From NCBI GenBank assembly GCA_021844945.1, contig JAKBSJ010000002.1, forward strand, positions 108,684-172,683: a DNA stretch of 64,000 nt, given 5' to 3'. The position numbers and the translations under genes were made by a program. Position 1 is the stretch's first letter; the number at the start of each line of letters is the position of its first letter. This document shows, piece by piece, positions 1-9,326 of the stretch. Origin of the DNA: Thermoplasmata archaeon (GTDB taxonomy: Archaea; Thermoplasmatota; Thermoplasmata; Lutacidiplasmatales; UBA184). The notes under the pieces are model-generated. The model saw only the letters and a list, made by a program, of their open reading frames with translations. It searched no databases and was not told where the DNA came from.

Positions 1-345
1 CCGGGACGTCTCGCTCGTATCCGACGGGCGATCTCCCGCCGCGATACTCGAACGCTGTTCCCACTGATCATGGAAGAGTGCGACAGTTTCCGCTCGGTGT
101 GCGAGACCACGGTCCCTTCGCTGGACTACCTGACCGCGTCTTCCCGGGCCGTTCTCGCCGAGGTACGGTCGATGAACGACGCGGCCGGGTTGCCCATTGC
201 GGCCTACACGCACGACGCGGGGGCGCACGTGCACGTCTTCGCGCTCGCCGGCGAGGCGGCCGCGATCCGTCGGCGATTGCGCCGGATCCCCGGGGTCCGG
301 CGCACGCTGGAGCTCTCCGCGGGCACGGCGGCGCACCCGATCTAG
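1..345 (+). CDS. Diphosphomevalonate decarboxylase-family (GHMP) protein, 3' part; gene begins before the window
   Basis: Frame is open from base 1: PGRLARIRRAISRRDTRTLFPLIMEECDSF...PSLDYLT...AAYTHDAGAHVHVF. This matches the C-terminal E-x-D-S...Y-L and AYTxDAG motifs of MVD homologues. Confidence 0.7.
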   Translation, partial: PGRLARIRRAISRRDTRTLFPLIMEECDSFRSVCETTVPSLDYLTASSRAVLAEVRSMNDAAGLPIAAYTHDAGAHVHVFALAGEAAAIRRRLRRIPGVRRTLELSAGTAAHPI

Positions 346-696
346 CCGGATTCCCCACCCTGCGTGCTCACAGACGGTGAGCGTTCGCCGTGCGTCCGGG
401 ACTAGTCCCCCGCCGCGATGCGATCGCTCGAGGGATCGATGTTCTCCCTACCGCACCTTTTGAGCCAGATGGCCGAGAGCCGAGTTCGCCGAACCATACC
501 GCACGCGCCGATCGGCCCCGTCCTCGTATCGGAGGAGGGGACTCGGCCGGCCAAAATACCGCGACCTGCCGATGGGGACCCGTCGCGACCTGCGCAAACG
601 CTCTCGTGACGAAGCGTTTCGCGACCCCTCGACCGGAGTGGCTTAGTCCCGATCGCTCGTCCCCCGCACCGGAGGGGTGGAGGGTGTCGTCGCGAT

Positions 697-730
697 GTTT
701 TAGAGTGCTAAAACGACGATGGATTAAATA
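697..730 (+). promoter_or_regulatory. Palindromic operator plus TATA box of the ABC exporter operon
   Basis: GTTTTAG-AGTG-CTAAAAC (697-714) is followed by TTAAATA (724-730), about 25 nt upstream of ATG 755. Confidence 0.55.
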
Positions 731-754
731 GGGCACCCGGCTCCAACGCGGCCC

Positions 755-1738
755 ATGTCGTCCGTACCCGCCATCGAGGCACGAGGGATCACCCGGGTCT
801 TCCAGTCCCGGAAGGGATTCTTCTATCAGGACGTCACCCGCACCGAGGCGCTGCGGGGCGTCGACCTCACGATCGAAACCGGGGAGATCTTTGGGCTCCT
901 GGGTCCGAACGGGGCGGGGAAGACCACCCTCACGAAGATCCTCACCACATTGCTCCTGCCGACCTCGGGAACCGCGCGGGTCCTAGGGCTGGATGTTACG
1001 AAGGACACCGAGCGACTCCGAGCCCGCATCGGGCTCGTCCTCGGTGGGGAACGAGGGCTCTACAACCGGATCAGCGCCCGCGAGAACCTGCGCTACTTCG
1101 CGGACCTCTACGGGGTTCCGCTCGCCGAGCGGGAAAAACGGGTCAACGAGGTCCTCGAGTGGGTCGGGCTCACTTGGGCCGCCGACCGGAGGACCGAAGA
1201 GTACTCGCGCGGGATGAAGCAAAAGCTCCACATCGCCCGCGGGATCCTGCACCGGCCCGAGGTCCTCTTCCTAGACGAGCCGACGATCGGTCTCGACCCG
1301 AAGTCCGCGCGGGAGACCCGCAAGCTGATCCGCTCCCTCTTGGGCGAAGGCGTGACGATCTTCCTGACGACGCACTACATGTTCGAGGCGGAGGAGCTGT
1401 GCCACCGGATCGGTGTGCTCTCGCGCGGTCGGCTCGCGGCGGTCGACACGGTCGCGGGCCTGCGCGACCTCGTCGGCGGGGACCGGACGATCGAGGCGGA
1501 GGACTACGGGTTCGAAGACTCTGAGCTCGCGGCGGTCCGCCACCTGCCCGGCGTCTCGAAGGTCGTTAGCGAGGAGTACGGACCGGTGACACGCCTCACG
1601 ATCCGGGTCCGCACCGGGGACCTCACCATCGATACGGTGCGCCAGAACCTCATCGGCCACGGCGGGCTACAGGTACGGGAGCGACGCACGAGCCTCGAGG
1701 ACGTCTACCTCGACCTGGTCGAGGAGGAAGCGCGGTAG
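755..1738 (+). CDS. ABC exporter ATP-binding protein (DrrA-like)
   Basis: Walker A GPNGAGKT, signature YSRGMKQK, Walker B LFLDEPT, switch His TTHY. Confidence 0.95.
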   Translation: MSSVPAIEARGITRVFQSRKGFFYQDVTRTEALRGVDLTIETGEIFGLLGPNGAGKTTLTKILTTLLLPTSGTARVLGLDVTKDTERLRARIGLVLGGERGLYNRISARENLRYFADLYGVPLAEREKRVNEVLEWVGLTWAADRRTEEYSRGMKQKLHIARGILHRPEVLFLDEPTIGLDPKSARETRKLIRSLLGEGVTIFLTTHYMFEAEELCHRIGVLSRGRLAAVDTVAGLRDLVGGDRTIEAEDYGFEDSELAAVRHLPGVSKVVSEEYGPVTRLTIRVRTGDLTIDTVRQNLIGHGGLQVRERRTSLEDVYLDLVEEEAR

Positions 1739-1741
1739 TCC

Positions 1742-2554
1742 ATGGCGACCGTGTCGGTTCCGAGAGCGCACTGGAGCGGCCGCCGCTCGACGCTGGCGTC
1801 GATCCGGCTCGCCGTCCTTACGTTCTTGGCCGATCCGCAGTGGTTGATCCCCTCGATGATCGCTCCGATCGTCTTCGGTTTCGTCTCCTTCGAGCTCTTC
1901 CTCGGAACGCCGGACCTCGTCGTCTACGTCATCCTCGGCGCCGGGATGATGAGCATGTGGGGCCAGACGCTCTACGGGAGCGGGTGGGCGACCGGGCAGG
2001 ATCGCAACATCGGCACCCTCGAACCAACGCTCAGCGCACCGACGCCGTACGTCTTCGTCGTGCTGGGCCGGATCCTGTGGAACGTCGTGTCGGGGCTCAT
2101 CGGGATCGTGCTCGTCTTCGTGGTCGTAGTCGTGGCCACGGGAACCGTACCGAGCATCGATAACCCCGTCGCGTTCGTCGTGCTGTTCGTGTTCACGATG
2201 CTCACGCTCGCGGCGGTCGGCACGGTCTTCGCCGCGGCGTACGTCTACACCCGCTACGCCGGGTTCGTACAGAACGTCGGCGAGTTCGCCTTCTACATCG
2301 GGACCGGTTGCATGTTCCCGATCGTCATCCTGCCGTTCTGGACGAACCCGATCGCCTTGCTCTTCCCGCCGAGCTGGGCGCTGGACGCGCTGCGCTATGC
2401 TTCGATACCGGGCTACGTCGGGTTCAGCTGGGGGCTCGGCTGGGACATTGTGGGCGGGGTCGCGACGACCGCGATCTACCTGTTGATCGCCGGGATCGTC
2501 TTCAAGCGCGTCGAGCGCCACGTGCTCGAGGTCGGCAACCTCCAGGAGTACTAG
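1742..2554 (+). CDS. ABC-2 type permease
   Basis: About 6 hydrophobic TM segments; DRNIGTLE motif; follows the ABC ATPase in the operon. Confidence 0.9.
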   Translation: MATVSVPRAHWSGRRSTLASIRLAVLTFLADPQWLIPSMIAPIVFGFVSFELFLGTPDLVVYVILGAGMMSMWGQTLYGSGWATGQDRNIGTLEPTLSAPTPYVFVVLGRILWNVVSGLIGIVLVFVVVVVATGTVPSIDNPVAFVVLFVFTMLTLAAVGTVFAAAYVYTRYAGFVQNVGEFAFYIGTGCMFPIVILPFWTNPIALLFPPSWALDALRYASIPGYVGFSWGLGWDIVGGVATTAIYLLIAGIVFKRVERHVLEVGNLQEY

Positions 2555-3409
2555 ATGGGGGCTCTGCCGACCGCGCAACCGGCGAGGGTCCCGTACCGCT
2601 CGAAGTTCTGGCGGACGCTCTGGACGAACGCGATCGTCGCGCCGAAAACGACCCTGGGGTTCATGCGCATCGACTTCATCCTCGGGGAGATCTTCATCAT
2701 CCCCCTCACGCAGATGGTCTTTTTCGTCTTCGTCGTCGCGTTCTCCTACGCGGGCTCCCCGTCGAGCGTGATCGCCTCCGAGATTGCCTTCGTCGCGATC
2801 GGGAACGCCGTCGCGACCGTCGCGTACTCGAGCATCTTCTCGGTTTGCCAGACCACGGACAGCGAGAAGCAGCTCGGCACGATGGAGCACCTGCTCGCCT
2901 CTCCCGCCAACCGCACCGCGCTCTACTTCGGCCGGGGCTTCCTCCCGATCCTGATCAGCGTCGCATCCGTGGCGATGGGCCTCGCCTACGCCGTCCTCTT
3001 CTTCGGCGTCACGATCTCGGGGGCCTCGGTGCCGTTCGTCGCCGTGTCCGTGGTCCTGACCGCCTTCTCGATGGTCGGGTTCGGCCTCTTGCTGGGAGGG
3101 GTCGCCCTCTACCTGCGGACGTCGATCATCTTGGGGAACATCTTCCTGTTCATCGGGCTCTTGCTCTCGGGGGTGAACTTCCCGCTCAGCTCCCTACCGT
3201 ACCCCGTGCAGGTCGTGAGCTACGGGCTTCCCCTCACGTGGGGAGTCGCGGCGATCCGTTCGGCGATCGACGGGGCGAGCCTCGCCGGCATGGAACTCCT
3301 CTGGTTGGGTCTCGCGCTGAGCGGATTGGCCGCCTACGGCCTATCGATCGCGCTCTGGGGTACGTTCGAGCACCGGGCGAAGTCGACCGGCAGCATCGCG
3401 CGCTTCTGA
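2555..3409 (+). CDS. ABC-2 type permease
   Basis: About 6 TM segments; EKQLGTME and SGVNFP motifs; abuts the previous gene. Confidence 0.9.
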   Translation: MGALPTAQPARVPYRSKFWRTLWTNAIVAPKTTLGFMRIDFILGEIFIIPLTQMVFFVFVVAFSYAGSPSSVIASEIAFVAIGNAVATVAYSSIFSVCQTTDSEKQLGTMEHLLASPANRTALYFGRGFLPILISVASVAMGLAYAVLFFGVTISGASVPFVAVSVVLTAFSMVGFGLLLGGVALYLRTSIILGNIFLFIGLLLSGVNFPLSSLPYPVQVVSYGLPLTWGVAAIRSAIDGASLAGMELLWLGLALSGLAAYGLSIALWGTFEHRAKSTGSIARF

Positions 3410-3430
3410 GCGGGGACGGCGGTCGCCGCC

Positions 3431-4273
3431 CTACGTGACGTGGCGGTCGAAGTCGGTCGCCGGCAGCTCGAGCCCCATCGATTTCACGAGGGGTGTGATC
3501 TCCTCGATGTAGCGGGTCCGGGCCTCTTCGTTCGTCCAGCGCTTCAATCCGTACTCGATCGCTCGGCGGCTCGTGGCCGAGTTCGAGTGGCCGAACATGT
3601 CGAGCGCGCGCGGGTACCACTTGTAGACCGCCTTCTGCGCCTCCTCCCGAGTGCCGGGATACCCGGGAGTCCCCTGGGCGATCCGCTTGAGCACGTGGTA
3701 CCCGAAGTTGAGGTGGAGCTGCTCCTCGCTCAGCATCAGCGGCATCGCGCGGGCGAGCGGCCCGTAGCTGCACTCCTGGAACGCGCGGAGCTGGTAGACG
3801 CCGACTCGGTCCACGAAGCAGGTGAACGCGCCGACGTCGCTCCAGCGATCAAACTTCATGTTGAAGGCGTCGAGTTTGTGGTGACCCTCGGGTCTCGAAA
3901 GGAGATCGTCGATCAGCTTCTGCCCCTCCTCCCCGAAGTCGCGAAGGATGCGGCACGCCTGCAGTCCGTGGCGGGCCTCGTCGGCCACGATGCGAGCCTC
4001 GACCCACCGGTCCTCGAGCGTCGGAGCTTTGTCGAGCCACGGGCGGTGCTGCTGGATGGAGGCGAACTCGGTGTCGGCCTGTACCACCATGAGCTTGACG
4101 ATGAGCTCGCGCATATCGGGTGGGACCTCGGTCGGGGTCTCGTACTTGCGCACCCCGGCCGACTGGCCCCAGAGGATCTCTCGGACCGGCTCGACGGTGC
4201 CCCCCTGCCGGATGGTGGTGGGCATGCTCGGTGCCGGATTCCCGTCCGGCACCGAGATCGGAGGGGTCCCCAC
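3431..4273 (-). CDS. Di-iron aromatic ring-CoA epoxidase subunit (PaaA/PaaC/BoxB family, BoxB-like)
   Basis: QADTEFAS, DEARHG, VDRVG-x-YQL, GPLARAM and EEQLH give two ExxH di-iron motifs. They resemble BoxB QGDTEPAS/EEGRH/TDRDGKFQL/DPLART/EEAHH. Confidence 0.8.
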   Translation of the reverse strand: MGTPPISVPDGNPAPSMPTTIRQGGTVEPVREILWGQSAGVRKYETPTEVPPDMRELIVKLMVVQADTEFASIQQHRPWLDKAPTLEDRWVEARIVADEARHGLQACRILRDFGEEGQKLIDDLLSRPEGHHKLDAFNMKFDRWSDVGAFTCFVDRVGVYQLRAFQECSYGPLARAMPLMLSEEQLHLNFGYHVLKRIAQGTPGYPGTREEAQKAVYKWYPRALDMFGHSNSATSRRAIEYGLKRWTNEEARTRYIEEITPLVKSMGLELPATDFDRHVT

Positions 4274-4297
4274 GGTCGTCCTCCCGGGAATAGGCGC

Positions 4298-5080
4298 TCA
4301 GCGGCCCTTAAAGGTCGCCGGGCGCTTCTCAACGAAGGCGGCGATCCCTTCCTTCGCGTCCTCGGTGATGAACAGGCGGTTTTGCAGCTCCCGTTCCAAG
4401 GCGAGCCCGGCGGTGAGCGGCATCTCGATTCCCTCGACGACGGACCGCTTGATGAGGCTGATCGCGCGGCTCGGACCGTGGGCGAGCTTGGTCGCGAACG
4501 CGTGGACCTCCTTCGCAAAGGTCTCCTTCGGAAAGACGTAGTTCACGAGCCCAATCCCCAGAGCCTCATCGGGGGTCAAGAGGCGACCGGTGACCATGAG
4601 GTCGAGGGCGCGCGAGGTGCCGACCAACCGGGGAAGCCGCTGGGTCCCACCGGTACCGGGAAGGACGCCCAGGGTCACCTCGGGAAGGCCGATCTTCCCG
4701 GAGTCCTTCGCCATAATCCGCAGGTCGCAGGCGAGCGCGATCTCAAGCCCGCCACCCACGGTGTGGCCCGGCAGCGCCGCGATCACGATCTTGGGCGTCT
4801 GGCCGAACTTGTTGAGCGTCTCCTGGCAGTGGAGGCAGAACATCGCCTTGTAGTCGGGCTGGGAGCGCTTCAGCATCTCGATGTCCGCGCCCGCGCTGAA
4901 GAACCCGGGGAGCCCGCTCGTGACCACGAGCACCTTCGCGGCCTCATCGAACCGCAGCTCTTCGATCGCCACGTCGAGCTCGCCCATCATCTCGAGATCG
5001 TAGGTGTTGGCCTTGGGCTTCGAGATCTCGATATAGCCGACTCCGTCGTCGATCCGGGTTCGAATGTACCTGCCCTGCAT
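4298..5080 (-). CDS. Enoyl-CoA hydratase/crotonase family protein (BoxC-like single domain)
   Basis: FSAGADI, GGGLEIALACDLRI and PEVTLGVLPGTGGTQRLPRLVG motifs; co-oriented upstream of the epoxidase gene. Confidence 0.9.
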   Translation of the reverse strand: MQGRYIRTRIDDGVGYIEISKPKANTYDLEMMGELDVAIEELRFDEAAKVLVVTSGLPGFFSAGADIEMLKRSQPDYKAMFCLHCQETLNKFGQTPKIVIAALPGHTVGGGLEIALACDLRIMAKDSGKIGLPEVTLGVLPGTGGTQRLPRLVGTSRALDLMVTGRLLTPDEALGIGLVNYVFPKETFAKEVHAFATKLAHGPSRAISLIKRSVVEGIEMPLTAGLALERELQNRLFITEDAKEGIAAFVEKRPATFKGR

Positions 5081-5120
5081 GGATCGTCTCCGATTCGGCG
5101 CTTCGCACGCGCCCGGGCGC

Positions 5121-5840
5121 TTAATCCTGGCGGTGGGCGATGTCGGGACGCCGGCGTTCTTCCACGCGGCCGTCGGGGTGGCCGATGAGGACGCGCTCGG
5201 CCATGCCGGCGAAGATCCCCGTCTCGACCACCCCCGTGTGGGAGCGGAGCGCCTCGTGGGTGGCTCGAGGGTCGGAGAGCGGTTGGCGCGGCATCAGGTC
5301 TAGGACCTCGTTCCCGTTGTCCGTCCGGAATGGGAGCCCGGAAGCGTCCCCACGTAGGCGGACGGTCCACCCTTCGGTCGCGAGCTCGTTCGCCACGACC
5401 GGCCGGGCGAAGGGGACAACCTCGATCGGGATCGGATGTCGGGTCCCCAGATGTTCCACGAGCTTCCCCTCGTCGACGATGATCACGAGCCGGTGCGAGA
5501 GCTGCGCCAGGAGCTTTTCCCGGAAGAGCGCTCCGCCGCCTCCCTTCGTGAGGTCGAGCGCGGTACTGACCTCGTCCGCGCCGTCGATCATGAGGTCGAA
5601 GCGGTCGTTCTCCCGAAGCGCGCGGACGGGAAGGCCCAAGCTTGCCGCGAGCTCCTCGGTCGCCCGAGAACTCGCGACGAGGGTGAGGCCGGGACCCTGC
5701 GGGAACCGTCTCGCGAGCGCCCGCACGGCCTCCGCAGCCGTCGAGCCGGTTCCCAGCGCGATCCGGCGCTCGTTCTCAGCGATGCCCATCACCGCCGACC
5801 GGGCCGCGGCTCCTTTCGCCGCCTCCACGTCCTGAGCCAT
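5121..5840 (-). CDS. rpiA: Ribose-5-phosphate isomerase A
   Basis: LGTGSTA, DGADEV, KGGGGALFREK and TDNGN motifs. Start placed at ATG 5840, downstream of a TATA-like CTATAG. Confidence 0.95.
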   Translation of the reverse strand: MAQDVEAAKGAAARSAVMGIAENERRIALGTGSTAAEAVRALARRFPQGPGLTLVASSRATEELAASLGLPVRALRENDRFDLMIDGADEVSTALDLTKGGGGALFREKLLAQLSHRLVIIVDEGKLVEHLGTRHPIPIEVVPFARPVVANELATEGWTVRLRGDASGLPFRTDNGNEVLDLMPRQPLSDPRATHEALRSHTGVVETGIFAGMAERVLIGHPDGRVEERRRPDIAHRQD

Positions 5841-6080
5841 CCGACGCGTCATGCTTCGTTGGCCTATAGAAGGCCCCCTCGTTCTCTCCTCCTCGGGCTC
5901 GGAGCTCCGAGCGCACGGATCGGATCGTAGGCACTGCATTCGGGGGGGATTTCCCTTCGGGTCGACGACCTGTACCGTTCTCGTAACCAATCTTTCGATC
6001 TTTGACGGTGTCGTGCTCCGTCCGTAGAACGACGTCTAGGCCGCGTAGAGGGTGCCGTCCGCTACGCGCGATGGCCCGGG

Positions 6081-7364
6081 CTATGGAACTGAGAGTTCTA
6101 GGGCGGCAACTGGAGGGGCCCGGTTCCCTCCTTCATCCGTCGTAGCATACGCTTGCTCCCCGAACTCACTGACATCCAATCCGCGTTCCTCTTCGGCCGG
6201 AGGTGCTCGGAGCGGCATGAAGCGATTGATGACCCGCAGTAAGACGTAGGATCCCACGAAAGCAAAAGATGCGACGGCCGCCACCCCGACGAGTTGGACT
6301 AGGAACTGGTGCACGTTCCCGTAGACTAAACCGTTCGGTCCCGCCGCATTAATGGCCGTCGCTGCGAAGAGTCCGGTCGCGACGGTTCCGAGCATCCCGC
6401 CGACGCCGTGGGCGGCGAAGACGTCGAGCGAGTCATCCAGTCGCGTCCGCGCCCGCCAGCTCGCCACGTAGTTACAGGCGATCCCCGCCGCGAGTCCGAT
6501 AAGTATCGCCGCGTAAGGAGGAACGTAACCCGAGGCGGGCGTGACAGCCGCCAGACCGCAGACCGCTCCCACGGCCATTCCTACCGCAGATGGCCGGCCC
6601 TTGTTGATCCAATCGAGCAACATCCAAGCGACCCCTCCGGCCGCTGCCGCGAGGTTGGTGTTGACGATCGCGTAGACCGCGACCGAGTTCGCCGCGAGCG
6701 CGCTACCGCCGTTGAAGCCGAACCAGCCGAACCAAAGCAAGGCGGTCCCGAGGATCACGTACGGGACATTGTTCGGACGGGTCTCCTTTCCGAAATCCAT
6801 ACCGCGCCCAATCACGAGCGCGGCGGCCACGGCCGAAACGCCGGCGGAGGTGTGAACAACCAGGCCACCGGCGAAGTCGATCACTCCGAGCTGGTGAAGC
6901 CAACCACCGGGGTTCCAAACCCACATGGCGATCGGGCAATAGACGAGGGTGGTCCAGAGCACGATGAAGACCAAGAGCGGTTTGAGGCGCGCGCGGCCCG
7001 CGAATGCCCCTATGATGAGGGCGGGAGTAATGGCGGCGAATTTCAATTGGAATGCGAAGTAGAGTAACTCGGGGATCGTAGCGGAGTAGAGCGCATTTGC
7101 GCCCGCCCCTATGTTGTTCAGCCCGAGGTTCTGGAAGTTGCCTATGAAGCCATCAATCGAAGGGGTCCCAAAGGCCAATGAGTACCCCCAGAGGGCCCAG
7201 ACAAGACTGACGATCGAGAAAATCATCAGACACTCGACGATCGTCGCGATGAGGTTCTTCCGACCGACCAGCCCGCCGTAGAAGAACCCCAGGGCTGGGG
7301 TCATGATCATGACGAGCGCGGTGGCGGTCGCAACCCAAGCGATATCACCCGAATTCAGGGCCAC
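6081..7364 (-). CDS. amt: Ammonium transporter
   Basis: DFAGGLVVH, LWFGWFGFNGGS and DDSLDVFAAHG motifs; about 11 TM segments. Start may be GTG 7364 or 7373. Confidence 0.97.
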   Translation of the reverse strand: MALNSGDIAWVATATALVMIMTPALGFFYGGLVGRKNLIATIVECLMIFSIVSLVWALWGYSLAFGTPSIDGFIGNFQNLGLNNIGAGANALYSATIPELLYFAFQLKFAAITPALIIGAFAGRARLKPLLVFIVLWTTLVYCPIAMWVWNPGGWLHQLGVIDFAGGLVVHTSAGVSAVAAALVIGRGMDFGKETRPNNVPYVILGTALLWFGWFGFNGGSALAANSVAVYAIVNTNLAAAAGGVAWMLLDWINKGRPSAVGMAVGAVCGLAAVTPASGYVPPYAAILIGLAAGIACNYVASWRARTRLDDSLDVFAAHGVGGMLGTVATGLFAATAINAAGPNGLVYGNVHQFLVQLVGVAAVASFAFVGSYVLLRVINRFMPLRAPPAEEERGLDVSEFGEQAYATTDEGGNRAPPVAALELSVP

Positions 7365-7793
7365 GCTCCACACCTTGCCCGCGTCGCCACGCCAAGCAAG
7401 CGGGGTCGATCCGGGTCTTCTCCCGGGTGCGGCCCTCGCGGAAGACCTGGCGGCGCTCGTTCAGAAGTCGCGCTGGAGCGACCGAAGAAATCGCCCTCAA
7501 CGGAGGGTTCGCCACCGTTCCCGAGGGGGGGCGGTCCGCGTTCAACGCGGGTGGGTGAAGGCCCCTAAGATATTCAACCTGTGGCTCCCGGCTCGGCTCC
7601 TCTCGTTCGGGTCGGGGCCCCGAGCGGTTCAGGGTGGCGTGCGGCCACCTCACGCGAATGGGACCGGAGGGAAGATCACCCTTCCTGTGGGCCAACCGGA
7701 CCCGTAGCTCCATCCGCTGGCAAGGAGGTCCCGTGGAGCCCGGCTCCGGGCGACCTACACAAACCGTATGCCCCCCAAGCCTTCGGGAGTTCG

Positions 7794-8495
7794 ATGCCCA
7801 ACTCTCCAACGAAAGCCGCCGTCGTGCTATCGATTGGTGGCTCCATCTTCCGTACAGGAGAGGATGACGTACCGTACCTTGAACGCCTCGCGGACCTGAT
7901 GCGACGCCTTGGGCGACGCCGACCTCTCGCCATCACGGTGGGCGGGGGGCGGACCGCCCGGGAGTACATCGGTATCGGCCGCGAACTCGGGTTGACCGAG
8001 ATCGAGTTGGACGAGATCGGGATCGACGTGACGCGCTTGCACGCGCGCCTCCTTGCGGGTCGGATCGGGCCTCCCACGCCGAGCCACCCTCCGACGACCC
8101 TGGCCGAGGCGGTGCTCGAGCTTCGTCACGGTTCGCCGGTCGTGCTCGGCGGCACCGAGCCCGGGCACACCACCGACGGGGTGGCTGCCCTGCTCGCCGT
8201 GCGGTTGCGCGCGGAGCGGTTCGTCAATGCGACGAACGTGGACGCCTTATACGACCACGATCCGAAGGTCGACCCCCAGGCGCACCCGATCCGCCGGATC
8301 TCTTGGCCCAAGTTCCGAGAGCTCGTGCGCGAGCGGTCGGGCGGTCAGGCGGGTCAACAGTTCCTGTTCGACCGTTTGGGCGCCGATCAGCTCGCGCGCG
8401 TCCGCACCCCAACCGCCATCGTCTTCGGGCGGGATCTCCCCAACCTGGAGAAAGCCCTCCTGGGTCGTCCGTTCCTCGGCACCGAGATCTACTAG
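7794..8495 (+). CDS. pyrH: UMP kinase (archaeal type)
   Basis: SIGGS, VGGGRTAR, GGTEPGHTTDGVA, ATNVDALYDHDPK and GTEI motifs. Confidence 0.92.
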   Translation: MPNSPTKAAVVLSIGGSIFRTGEDDVPYLERLADLMRRLGRRRPLAITVGGGRTAREYIGIGRELGLTEIELDEIGIDVTRLHARLLAGRIGPPTPSHPPTTLAEAVLELRHGSPVVLGGTEPGHTTDGVAALLAVRLRAERFVNATNVDALYDHDPKVDPQAHPIRRISWPKFRELVRERSGGQAGQQFLFDRLGADQLARVRTPTAIVFGRDLPNLEKALLGRPFLGTEIY

Positions 8496-8532
8496 GCCAA
8501 CGCCAAGAAGGGAGGGTTGCGTGGGCCGGCCG

Positions 8533-9162
8533 ATGTTGCGGATCGTCTTTCTCGGCCCTCCCGGGGCCGGCAAGGGAACCCAGGCAGCGGAGCTCGCCCG
8601 AGACTTCCGTATCGCGCACCTGTCGACCGGCGATATGCTGCGGAGCGCCGTTTCGGAACGGACCCCGCTCGGCCAGGAGGCGGACGCCTACATGCGGGCG
8701 GGCAAGCTCGTTCCCGACGATCTCGTCCTGCGGATCCTCCAAGCACGTCTGGGCGCTCCGGACGCGCGCGACGGGTTCATCCTCGACGGGTACCCGCGCA
8801 ACCTCGCCCAAGCGAAGGAGCTCGAACGCCTTACGCCGATCGACCGGGTCGTGTGGTTCGATCTCCCGGAGGACGTGCTCGTCGAGCGACTCAGCCAGCG
8901 CCGGGTATGCCCCCTATGCCACACGGTCTACAACCTAGCGACGCACCCGCCGAAAGTGGAGGGCCACTGCGACAAGGACGGAGCCGAGCTGATCCAGCGC
9001 TCCGACGACCAGCCCGCGGCGATCACGACCCGCCTGAGGGTCTACGCCCAACTGACCGAACCGCTGCTCGCCTACTATCGGCAGAAGGGAAACTTCCGTT
9101 CCGTCGATGCCACTGGGACCCCGGCCGAGGTCGCGAAGCGCATCCGGGCCGCCCTCGCCTGA
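8533..9162 (+). CDS. adk: Adenylate kinase with Zn-lid
   Basis: GPPGAGKGTQA, HLSTGDMLR and FILDGYPR motifs; lid CPLC...CDKD. Start may be GTG 8521. Confidence 0.95.
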   Translation: MLRIVFLGPPGAGKGTQAAELARDFRIAHLSTGDMLRSAVSERTPLGQEADAYMRAGKLVPDDLVLRILQARLGAPDARDGFILDGYPRNLAQAKELERLTPIDRVVWFDLPEDVLVERLSQRRVCPLCHTVYNLATHPPKVEGHCDKDGAELIQRSDDQPAAITTRLRVYAQLTEPLLAYYRQKGNFRSVDATGTPAEVAKRIRAALA

Positions 9163-9219
9163 AGGACGGCTCGGCTCCCTCGCTACGTTTATAGCGGGCC
9201 CGCTCGTCTCGCCGAACGT

Positions 9220-9326
9220 CCCGGCTTAGCTCAGTGGTAGAGCGGGGGACTGTAGGTGAGACTGCCGGACCTCCGGCGGCCCCCGTGGACATCCTCAGGT
9301 CGCCTGTTCGAGTCAGGCAGCCGGGA
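9220..9326 (+). tRNA. tRNA-Tyr(GUA) with 35-nt intron at 37/38 (9256-9290)
   Basis: Acceptor CCCGGCT/AGCCGGG; anticodon GTA at 9252-9254; stem GGGGA/TCCTC; T-loop TTCGAGT; TTTATA box at 9188. Confidence 0.93.

Noticed and set aside
346-696. Possible ncRNA (SRP, RNase P) or small gene in the intergenic gap
   Set aside because: No recognisable conserved motifs and no convincing ORF.
697-714. GTTTTAGAG resembles the start of a type II CRISPR repeat or tracrRNA
   Set aside because: Single copy, no spacers and no cas genes; better explained as an operator palindrome.
3440-5188. Long antisense ORFs such as 3440-5188, 20663-22285, 40056-41525, 48270-49745 and 57061-59298
   Set aside because: Shadow ORFs opposite well-supported genes, expected in high-GC DNA, with no recognisable motifs.
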